Of a stretch of DNA of 64,000 nt, positions 10,301-17,194 are shown piece after piece (position 1 is the stretch's first letter; the number at the start of each line of letters is the position of its first letter). The notes below the pieces were generated by a model. The model worked only from the letters and a program-made list of their open reading frames with translations, was not told the origin of the DNA and searched no databases. The DNA lies in contig CAYGBM010000035.1 in the NCBI GenBank assembly GCA_964348225.1, positions 9,425 through 73,424 on the forward strand, written 5' to 3'. This stretch comes from an uncultured Candidatus Saccharibacteria bacterium (GTDB taxonomy: Bacteria; Patescibacteriota; Minisyncoccia; Minisyncoccales; CG1-02-41-26). A program made the position numbers and the translations under genes.

Positions 10301-12096
10301 TGCTTTTCAGTCACAGCCTCATGAATCCCTCCCTTGAATAAAATTCCTGAATCACATCTGTACAAATTAGAGAAAGAACCATCAGAAGAATCAGCTAAAG
10401 CATTAACAGTGATACTGGTTTTAGTAATATTAGTACATTCTGCCTTCTTAACAGGCTCAATAGGGGTGGCTGTCATATCCATATATTGATAGGCCGCTCT
10501 GTCCGTAGGACAACCAGGTATAGGCATGGTAGCTGCGTCTCTAGGATTGCAGCCATTAGCATTGCAAACTTGCATCATCCTGACATAAGGAGTATTGGGA
10601 CGAGCCCCTACCCCTATACCGGTTTCTTGCCAAGCGCAATCACTGCCTATGCCACCAGCGCAGACGTCCTGGGGAGAAAGAGAAACTATGAGTTGTCGTG
10701 CTTGGTTGTACAAACGATATTCTGTAACCTCACCCCTAACATGCTTCCACTGCCAAGTAACATTAGGCGGTGCACCCTCATTATTCAAATCAACCATTGC
10801 AGGAGCTGAAGAGTATTTAAAGGTGCACCCTTCTTCATCGTCTTCCACTTTAGCTATCAAATTATTCTCTATTGACCGCAAGCCTACCAAATCATCGCAG
10901 TCAATTGGAACCGTTACTGAATACTCTCCAGGGCTTTCTGTTTTGTTCTCTGACCAAAGCCCTGTTAAAACATATTTTACAGCCACAATGGACTTGGAAA
11001 TATAGGTTTCTTTGTAAACAGAATAGCTTAGCTTAACCTCAGCTGTTTCTCCAGGATAACAGGTTGTTTCAGGACAGGTTAACGACTGGACAACAGCATC
11101 TTGAGGCGCATAGTAGCAATCATTTCCATCGCAGTTTGGGGTCGGACAATCTCTAGCCAAGCGCCATTTGTTATCGCCCGAACATCGATAAACCTTAGCA
11201 TTACTGCCTCCAGAGCCAGCCTCACATTTCTGCAAATCCCCTCCAGCATAGTCGCAATCTTCAAGCCCGCACAGGTCGCACCATTGCCCACTAGGGTTAC
11301 AACAAGCCTTGTCGTCAGGACATTCGCTGTCTTTCTCCCAACAGTCCCAAGCTATGCCTATTTTGCATTTATAAATTACTCCCCCCACGCACTTTTGAAG
11401 CTCTACTCTGTGGTCACAAACATCACAGTCTGAAGGCGGACCTTCTGAAGAAACACACCAAAGCTTTTCATCAAAGCCTCTCTGGCACGTGCCATCACCA
11501 GGTACGCCATCTCCATCTAAATCACAAGGAGTACCTTCAGCTGCTTCTTGATAAGTGCAGTTTCCATCTTCATCGCGACCCACTGTGAAGCAATCTCTTT
11601 CTTGACAATACTCCCTGCACTCCATTGCGCCTCTAACATCAACACATTGTCCTTCTTTACCGCCCCCTAAATCACAGGTTGTGCCAGCTGACAAGGCAGT
11701 ATAAGCACAATCGCCATCTTCATCACGAGCCACGCTATAACACTCTTTTTCTTGGCAAGCCTCTCTGCATTCCATTGTTCCTGCAACATCAATACATTGT
11801 CCTACTTTGTCATCGCCCAAGCTACAAGGCGCCCCCTCTAAGGGAGTATAGGTACACTTTCCGCTTGCTTCATCAAACTCTGCATAATAACACGTTCTGC
11901 CCTCACACTGACAACCCCCGCTGTCCTGTCCCTCAGGGAGGAAACAGGTCAATCCAGCACAGCAATCCGAACTTTGATAACAAACATCCCCATACTCAAC
12001 GCAGTCTGCTGAAGAAGCGAGAGAAGGCGCAAGGATTAAAAAAGCGCCTATGACAAAAAGAGCCAAAGGCAAGAATTTAAATATTTTTTTGGGCAT
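7315..12096 (-). CDS. giant (1593 aa) secreted cysteine-rich surface protein with a C-terminal TrbC/VirB2-like two-helix pilin module
   Basis: Signal peptide MPKKIFKFLPLALFVIGAFLILAPSLASSA. >100 Cys, with tandem ~42-aa Cys repeats near the N-terminus and a ~57-aa repeat pair later. C-terminal ~130 aa (GRAGVCAEDGQTVICPPIPVPG...WIFYIAAVIAPIMIILGAILLMTSAG-IPEKARRGK-LTVVWAIVGFAIVLIARVVVSL) is paralogous to the 177-aa protein at 12262-12795. It has the helix / basic loop / helix layout of T4SS pilins. Confidence 0.6.
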   Translation of the reverse strand: MPKKIFKFLPLALFVIGAFLILAPSLASSADCVEYGDVCYQSSDCCAGLTCFLPEGQDSGGCQCEGRTCYYAEFDEASGKCTYTPLEGAPCSLGDDKVGQCIDVAGTMECREACQEKECYSVARDEDGDCAYTALSAGTTCDLGGGKEGQCVDVRGAMECREYCQERDCFTVGRDEDGNCTYQEAAEGTPCDLDGDGVPGDGTCQRGFDEKLWCVSSEGPPSDCDVCDHRVELQKCVGGVIYKCKIGIAWDCWEKDSECPDDKACCNPSGQWCDLCGLEDCDYAGGDLQKCEAGSGGSNAKVYRCSGDNKWRLARDCPTPNCDGNDCYYAPQDAVVQSLTCPETTCYPGETAEVKLSYSVYKETYISKSIVAVKYVLTGLWSENKTESPGEYSVTVPIDCDDLVGLRSIENNLIAKVEDDEEGCTFKYSSAPAMVDLNNEGAPPNVTWQWKHVRGEVTEYRLYNQARQLIVSLSPQDVCAGGIGSDCAWQETGIGVGARPNTPYVRMMQVCNANGCNPRDAATMPIPGCPTDRAAYQYMDMTATPIEPVKKAECTNITKTSITVNALADSSDGSFSNLYRCDSGILFKGGIHEAVTEKQASWTFNNLEPGKSYQFSVGPSYNAVRDPSGSAVVAECSTLSRTCDACGDGFFSNVCDEYECLNELGKGTGGCVFIDRTWPLPNLCLEIVDVPFQVQEAATGEPVAGVLVKVVEGSDLDKEKGSCVTDGAGACSVKLAETQRYTAFVQEDNYECQGTACVVGFTALPGQTVYLKPKEIIAPTETLTGFLVAIRSSYGIERIPNVNVQVFTAAGDFVTGCQGNNGYCSVILVPETDYIVQAEAHGYLCTDCPKPFRTSGSYMTVDVNMRQDPDACQYNACSEEERVQVQFRTYEKVDDVSQPVVGAEVKVFFAAALGGEAASCVSRPYTSKNGACEVQLCPYCKYYAKGSAEGYIDYGGYRAFDTFPNMRDTIWLKLTRVEDKEPVDCPDGYTCLSVEKARAECGLEVDVFPLEKDFSCTTDCKNQCAHLKEESRSDYYDCKEKCVDKCHAAEREQYCLDYNGLPQYYCFACLPDISLTKVSFEVIDIEKNTPVPNAIVKLCREEDYLGPGSCTAAVRQTGPGGEPCSIVVTDGRRYAVEVANYLMEDGSSVKIFTAQGETQTITLNVVPKEKPPELPSGIYCGEQYGPDYKCISNPIPFSDTVCPDGLDIKILTNDQYCLEGTIKAHYCVKCLGPGAPSLINCSHQYGTDYQCVVNPIPLSDAVCPGGLDIQILTQDYYCFGEDRRGSYCAKCLGAEPEVNEGDIGVGGGTVNSADGNIKVIFPSNAVAEDVVVVMTKRTASQSELNAASAVGKFIVNGVVYDLKAIAGSQRVFSFLQPVTVSITYAENPLIDEDSLVFAKFNESTSQWNVLPATIDKNNNTVTVQTTSFSGHALLFGAAAALDEPGTPGKKGEVCCGSNISSVKPNMGCDISAGLQCACDPDDDCEIGMLDNETRVRTRGRAGVCAEDGQTVICPPIPVPGIWEIVDRVVKWIFYIAAVIAPIMIILGAILLMTSAGIPEKARRGKLTVVWAIVGFAIVLIARVVVSLVINIVA
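8215..8585. repeat. second intragenic tandem duplication (~180 bp x2)
   Basis: Protein segments ...YCGEQYGPDYKCISNPIPFSDTVCPDGLDIKILTNDQYC... and ...CSHQYGTDYQCVVNPIPLSDAVCPGGLDIQILTQDYYC... Confidence 0.6.
11510..11895. repeat. three tandem ~126-bp intragenic repeats encoding C-x-C ~42-aa modules
   Basis: Protein repeats CYYAEFDEASGKCTYTPLEGAPCSLGDDKVGQCIDVAGTMECREACQEKE / CYSVARDEDGDCAYTALSAGTTCDLGGGKEGQCVDVRGAMECREYCQERD / CFTVGRDEDGNCTYQEAAEGTPCD. The DNA repeats are visibly similar. Confidence 0.7.
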
Positions 12097-12111
12097 ATTT
12101 TGATCAATAAA

Positions 12112-12160
12112 ATAGCTTAAAATATTTAAATTTTGAAAAATTTAAATATTTTGATAGCTA
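12112..12160. promoter_or_regulatory. near-perfect 30-bp palindrome (aatatttaaatttt-ga-aaaatttaaatatt) with extended arms, 25-60 bp upstream of the giant-protein start
   Basis: 14-bp perfect inverted arms separated by 2 nt at 12121-12150. Flanking tagct.../...agcta extends the symmetry. Position fits an operator or 5'-UTR hairpin. Confidence 0.4.
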
Positions 12161-12261
12161 AAAACAAAAGCTAAAAAAACCTTTAGTAAGCATTGTTTCA
12201 TTATACACCCTGAAAATAGGGGGTAAAGAAAGTTATCCACACTTAGATATTCTCAATAATC

Positions 12262-12795
12262 TCAGTAATAGGGAACAAAAATACTCATCAATAGATTAAA
12301 AATGACCTTACTTAAAATAACAGCCCCCAAGGCAATTAATGTCCATTTAAGCATCTTGCGAGCTAGGGTAGTTTGGCCAAGAGTGCCTCTTGATGTAACA
12401 TAAAAAAAGCCAACAACAACAAGCATTAGAGAACAAACAGCTATGCCTGGAACGAAAACCCAGTTAAGGAAATTTTCAATTACTCCAAAAACAGTAATAA
12501 CAGGACAAATAACCCTTCTCTCAGAAGGCATACAAAAACCTGCCCTGCCTTGTTTAACAGTTTTTTCACCAGCAGCCATTTCTAAAACACAGTTGTCGCT
12601 AGCGCACTTGCAGCTTAAACTACCGCAATCATTATTTTTACAACAAATTTCTCCCTCATTGTCTTGCGCCTTAACCACCTCTGAGGCAGCAAAAAATAGC
12701 CCAAAACACAGCCCAAAAAGCAGGACAAAAGCTGTAAGTTTCAAACAAAAACTTTTTAAATCAAACTTACAGCTTTCAAAGATTCTTTTTTGCAT
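12262..12795 (-). CDS. TrbC/VirB2-like pilin-family membrane protein with short Cys-rich N-terminal region
   Basis: 177 aa. Signal/TM, then CCKNNDCGSLSCKCASDNC...GRAGFCMPSERRVICPVITVFG, then two hydrophobic helices separated by SRGTLGQTTLARK. Collinear with the C-terminus of the 1593-aa protein. Confidence 0.5.
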   Translation of the reverse strand: MQKRIFESCKFDLKSFCLKLTAFVLLFGLCFGLFFAASEVVKAQDNEGEICCKNNDCGSLSCKCASDNCVLEMAAGEKTVKQGRAGFCMPSERRVICPVITVFGVIENFLNWVFVPGIAVCSLMLVVVGFFYVTSRGTLGQTTLARKMLKWTLIALGAVILSKVIFNLLMSIFVPYY

Positions 12796-12803
12796 ATGTT
12801 CCT

Positions 12804-14174
12804 CTAATTTAATTTTAATTTCTGGAATTCTTCACGAACAACCTTCCGGTCGTCCCAAGGGATTTTTTTGCCCTTTTCAACACAAATCCAGGGCTCACAC
12901 CCCTTGCCAGTGATAATCACTGTGTCACCGGGCTTAGCTAACTCCAGTGCCTTTCTAATAGCCTCCCGCCTATCCAAAACCTTAAACACCTGGCGTCGAA
13001 GGAACCGAGTTCCTTCGACAACGCCTTTGGCTATCTGGTTGATGATTTCCATGGGGTTTTCGTCATAAGGGTCTTCATTAGTAATAATAACTTCCCTGCA
13101 ATGCTTGGCTGCAATCTCCCCAAGAATGGGCCTTTTCCACTTGTCCCTTCCGCCCCCACATGCCCCTAAAACGCAAACGAGTTTGCGTTCAGTTATTAGT
13201 TGTTGGTTGTTGGTTGTTAGATTCTGGCTATTATTTATTAAAGTCTGATAAACTTGTTGAAGGGCGTCGGGGGTGAAGGCATAATCTACTACTACTCGGA
13301 ATGGTTCTAAGATAACCTCTTCCATTCTGCCTGGTATCCCTTTTGCTCTCTCCAGCGCCTTTTTACAAATTTCAAGAGAAACCCCCTGCGACAAAGCCAC
13401 ACTTATTGCTGCCAGCGCATTATATACATTAAAGCCGCCTAATAGTTTTAAAGAAAAAAGCATTTCGTCAATTTTAAAATTAACCCCACTTTCCGTTTCT
13501 TGCGCTTGAGTGGCTTTAATGAATTTCCAATTTTCAATTTTCAATTTCCAATCAATTTTCAATTTTTCAATTTTCAATTCGTCCAAACCGAAACAAAACT
13601 TTTGTCGGCTGGGAAAATTCAAAAAATACTCGGCATTTTCATCATCTATATTAATAATATGCATGCCTTTACACTTCTTAAAGTATGCTGATTTTGCTTT
13701 TTTGTAATTTTCAAAACTGCCGTGATGCTCAATATGCTCTTTAAACAAGTTGGTGAAAACCATTGTATCAAATCTAATAAACCTGTGTCTGTGCTGGAGC
13801 ACGCCCTCTGAGGTAACCTCTAAAACAGCGTATTTACAGCCCTTATTCACTGCTTCTCTTAAAAACTTCTGCAACAAACCTCTGCCTGGCATTGTCATCT
13901 TAAGCCTGTTTTCTTTCTCTTTCTCAGCAATTCTAAACTTTATTGAACAAGAACAAGCTGTTTTAAAACCAGCTTGTTCTAAAATTTGGGTTGCCAAATC
14001 AACCACGGTTGTTTTGCCGTGAGTACCGGTTACGCCAATAACCTTGAGTCTTCGTGAAGGAAACCTGTAAATCAAAGCACCTAAAAAAGCCCAGGCAAAA
14101 TGATAAAAGCCAACTAAAAACGAAGGAATAAGTTTCTTAAGAAAATTCTCTGACATATTAATTATTTGTACCAC
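12804..14174 (-). CDS. Mur ligase family protein, MurE-like (UDP-MurNAc-tripeptide synthetase)
   Basis: VIGVTGTHGKTT P-loop. DYAFTPDAL matches MurE DYAHTPDAL. CGGGRDKWKRP and NEDPYDENP resemble MurE C-terminal motifs. Unusual N-terminal TM segment. Contains an in-frame copy of the ttggaaatt/caattttcaa repeat family (~13510-13600, LKIEKLKIDWKLKIENWKF) and a (ttggttg)n microsatellite at 13191-13220 encoding LTTNNQQL. Confidence 0.6.
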   Translation of the reverse strand: MVQIINMSENFLKKLIPSFLVGFYHFAWAFLGALIYRFPSRRLKVIGVTGTHGKTTVVDLATQILEQAGFKTACSCSIKFRIAEKEKENRLKMTMPGRGLLQKFLREAVNKGCKYAVLEVTSEGVLQHRHRFIRFDTMVFTNLFKEHIEHHGSFENYKKAKSAYFKKCKGMHIINIDDENAEYFLNFPSRQKFCFGLDELKIEKLKIDWKLKIENWKFIKATQAQETESGVNFKIDEMLFSLKLLGGFNVYNALAAISVALSQGVSLEICKKALERAKGIPGRMEEVILEPFRVVVDYAFTPDALQQVYQTLINNSQNLTTNNQQLITERKLVCVLGACGGGRDKWKRPILGEIAAKHCREVIITNEDPYDENPMEIINQIAKGVVEGTRFLRRQVFKVLDRREAIRKALELAKPGDTVIITGKGCEPWICVEKGKKIPWDDRKVVREEFQKLKLN

Positions 14175-14230
14175 AATTAAGCTGAAATAAAAATAGCCGG
14201 TCGCCAGGACCGGCTATAGGGATATTACAT

Positions 14231-14809
14231 TTACTTGCCTAAGATCTGCAAGGCTTTTTTTATTCTTTCGTGGGTGGTTTTAATGTTTTTTGGTATTTCA
14301 GATAAGGCTTTTTTAGCCTGCTCTTTTGGAAAGCCAAGATTAACCAAGGCTAAAAACGCCTCGTCGTTTGCAAAAGCATCTTTTCCTTTCTTTGAAGAGG
14401 ACTCTTGGGTTTTAAGCTTGCCAGCAACCTCTAAAATAATTTTCTGGGCTTTCTTTTTGCCAATGCCTGGTACCCCTTCAAAAATTTTCTCATTGCCTTT
14501 TTCAATTTCTTTTTTTATTTTACTTGGAGAACCAATTGAGGAAATTTCAAGGGCAGCCCTGGGTCCTACTCCTGAGATATTGCGCACCAGCCTAAAAAAC
14601 TCCAACTCCTCAAATGTTTTAAAACCAAACAGCTTCAAGCTTCTTTCACCAACATCTAAATGACAAAAGAGTTTGAGATTTTGGCCTGCTTCTGGTATAT
14701 TTTCCATAGAAGAAGAGGAAACAAAAACCTCGTAACCAACGCCGTTGACTTCAAGTATCAAAAAGGTTTCCTTTTTGAAAATGATTTTGCCTGATAAATA
14801 AGAAATCAT
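14231..14809 (-). CDS. ruvA: Holliday junction branch migration protein RuvA
   Basis: MISYLSGKIIFKKETFLILEVNGVGYEVFVS N-terminus and HhH region. 192 aa. Confidence 0.85.
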   Translation of the reverse strand: MISYLSGKIIFKKETFLILEVNGVGYEVFVSSSSMENIPEAGQNLKLFCHLDVGERSLKLFGFKTFEELEFFRLVRNISGVGPRAALEISSIGSPSKIKKEIEKGNEKIFEGVPGIGKKKAQKIILEVAGKLKTQESSSKKGKDAFANDEAFLALVNLGFPKEQAKKALSEIPKNIKTTHERIKKALQILGK

Positions 14810-14888
14810 ACTTTAAAATTTCTAATTTCTAAACAATTTTCAATAACCCAATTTCCAAACATAGCACTCGGCATAAATCTATTTTAAC

Positions 14889-16913
14889 ATGTTTAAGCTA
14901 TATTCCAAGTTCAAACCAACAGGCGACCAGCCTCAGGCAATTGCTCAACTCACCAAGAATATACGAAACGGAGTCCGGGACTCCGTGCTTTTGGGGGTGA
15001 CGGGCAGTGGAAAGACGTTTTCATTGGCAAATGTCATTGAAAAAACACAAAGACCGGTTCTCTGGATAAGCCACAACAAAACATTGGCTGCTCAAACCTA
15101 TCAGGAGTTAAAAGAGTTTTTCCCAAAAAACGGGGTGCATTACTTTGTTAGTTACTATGATTATTACCAGCCTGAAGCCTATATTCCCCAAACCGACACC
15201 TATATTGAAAAAGACGCCAAAATAAACCAAGAAATTGACAGATTAAGGCATGCTGCTGCTCAAGATGTCTTAAGCAGAAAGGACATTATAATTGTGGCTT
15301 CGGTTTCTTGTATTTATAATATTGGCTCGCCCAAGCACTATCAAAAGGTTTCGCTTGAAATCAAGCAAGACCAGGTAATAAAAAGAAAGGATTTTATTGC
15401 CCACTTGGTTTCTTTGCAATATAAAAGAAACGACATAGATTTTAAGCCAGGTGCCTTTCGCGTTCGGGGCGATATCATTGAAATTTATTTGGTAACAGGA
15501 GAAGAGGTTTTAAGAATAGAATTCTTTGGCAATAAAATAGAAAAAATCTCGCTGTTAGAGCCAGAGTCTTCTCTGTCATTACATTGCAAACAACAGCTTA
15601 CAAACTACAAACTATTTCCTGCTCAATTCTGGGTAACGCCTGAAAAGAAATTGGATATTGCCTTGGAAAACATCAAAGGAGAGCTACAAGAAAAGCTCAA
15701 AGAATTGAAAAAACAAAACAAGCTTTTGGAAGCCCAAAGACTGGAACAAAGAACAAATTATGACTTGGAAATGCTCAAACAAGCAGGCTATTGCCATGGA
15801 GTTGAAAACTACTCCCGTCATTTGGAATTTAGAGAACCAGGCTCCCCACCCTTTACCCTGCTTGACTACTTTGGCACTGGCTACCTGGTTATCATAGATG
15901 AATCGCATATGACTATTCCTCAACTGCATGCTATGTACAATACTGACGGAGCTAGAAAAAATGTTTTAATAGAGCACGGTTTCCGCCTACAATCTGCCTT
16001 GGATAACCGGCCTTTGAGCTTTAAAGAATTTGAGAAAAAAGCTGAACAGGTGATTTATGTTTCAGCTACCCCAGGACCTTATGAAATACAAAAAATCTCA
16101 AGAAACAAGACACAAACTCCAAACTTGCTGGTTGAGCAATTAATAAGGCCGACCGGGCTTTTGGAACCTTCTCTTGAAATAAGGCCAACTGAAAACCAAG
16201 TAAAAGATTTAATTGAAGAAATTAAAAAAAGAATAGAAAAAAACCAAAGGACCTTAGCCATTACTCTGACAAAAAGACTGGCGGAGGAGCTGGCTGATTA
16301 TCTTCAAAACCAAGGTATCAAATGCCATTACCTCCATTCTGAAATAAAAACCCTGGAAAGACCAACCATTCTTAAAAAACTAAGAGAAGGAGAGTACGAT
16401 GTTATTGTTGGGATTAATCTTTTGAGAGAAGGGCTTGATTTACCAGAGGTGGGGCTTATTGGCATTTTAGACGCTGACAAAGAAGGGTTCTTGAGAAACG
16501 AAACCACCCTGATTCAAACAATGGGTAGGGCAGCCAGGCATCCACAAGGCCATGTTATTTTATATGCTGATAAAAAAACCTCCTCAATCAAAAGGGCGAT
16601 TGCAGAGGTTGAAAGAAGAAGAAAAATCCAAACAGCTTATAACAAAAAGCACAATATTAGCCCCTCGCCAATTATAAAGCCGATTAGAGAATGGGCTTTT
16701 GGTAAAGAAAAAGAAAAGGAAGTTGCAACTGAGTTTGCCTTACTCAAAGACGTTAAATTGTTAGAAAAAGAAATGAAAAAGGCAGCTAGTAACCTTGACT
16801 TTGAAAGAGCAGCTGAAATCAGAGACCTGATAAAGGAATTGAAACCCCCTCCTTCGCCAAATCTACAACGGAAAAGAAAGCTACGGAGGGCAAGTCAAAA
16901 CAAAAAGAGCTGA
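14889..16913 (+). CDS. uvrB: excinuclease ABC subunit B
   Basis: GVTGSGKTF Walker A, helicase motifs, C-terminal UvrB/UvrC interaction helix LDFERAAEIRDLIKEL. 674 aa. Confidence 0.9.
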   Translation: MFKLYSKFKPTGDQPQAIAQLTKNIRNGVRDSVLLGVTGSGKTFSLANVIEKTQRPVLWISHNKTLAAQTYQELKEFFPKNGVHYFVSYYDYYQPEAYIPQTDTYIEKDAKINQEIDRLRHAAAQDVLSRKDIIIVASVSCIYNIGSPKHYQKVSLEIKQDQVIKRKDFIAHLVSLQYKRNDIDFKPGAFRVRGDIIEIYLVTGEEVLRIEFFGNKIEKISLLEPESSLSLHCKQQLTNYKLFPAQFWVTPEKKLDIALENIKGELQEKLKELKKQNKLLEAQRLEQRTNYDLEMLKQAGYCHGVENYSRHLEFREPGSPPFTLLDYFGTGYLVIIDESHMTIPQLHAMYNTDGARKNVLIEHGFRLQSALDNRPLSFKEFEKKAEQVIYVSATPGPYEIQKISRNKTQTPNLLVEQLIRPTGLLEPSLEIRPTENQVKDLIEEIKKRIEKNQRTLAITLTKRLAEELADYLQNQGIKCHYLHSEIKTLERPTILKKLREGEYDVIVGINLLREGLDLPEVGLIGILDADKEGFLRNETTLIQTMGRAARHPQGHVILYADKKTSSIKRAIAEVERRRKIQTAYNKKHNISPSPIIKPIREWAFGKEKEKEVATEFALLKDVKLLEKEMKKAASNLDFERAAEIRDLIKELKPPPSPNLQRKRKLRRASQNKKS

Positions 16914-16951
16914 AACAGCTCAGAGTAAAAAGCTTATTGCCTGAGCAACTT

Positions 16952-17188
16952 TTATTTCCTTTGATTCTTAGCTTTGTTTTGTTGCTGACGTTCTTTGAGT
17001 TTTTCCATTACTCTTTTTTCTTCTAGGTCTAAAACATAAACATTTTTCAGAAAAACAAATACCTTCATCCTTTCCTCTGCGTTAAGATAGGGGATTTTTT
17101 TAAGCAAAATATCTTTCTTCTCTTTTGGAAGCTCTACTCTTTTAGTAAGGTTTTGCAAGCAAGTGTTTGTGAGAAATGGATTTACCAT
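16952..17188 (-). CDS. hypothetical small protein
   Basis: 78-aa ORF 6 nt downstream of the 735-aa gene on the same strand. No recognisable motif. Confidence 0.3.
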   Translation of the reverse strand: MVNPFLTNTCLQNLTKRVELPKEKKDILLKKIPYLNAEERMKVFVFLKNVYVLDLEEKRVMEKLKERQQQNKAKNQRK

Positions 17189-17194
17189 AATCTT

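Noticed and set aside
7535-12053. Many 60-136-aa ORFs on the plus strand inside the 1593-aa gene (for example 10595-11005 and 11679-12053)
   Set aside because: They lie entirely antisense to or out of frame with a long, repeat-structured, signal-peptide-bearing coding frame. Their Ser/Pro-rich compositions are typical shadow ORFs.
12232-12240. Perfect DnaA box TTATCCACA
   Set aside because: It is an isolated single box 35 kb from dnaA, with no cluster and no AT-rich unwinding element, so it is not an origin.
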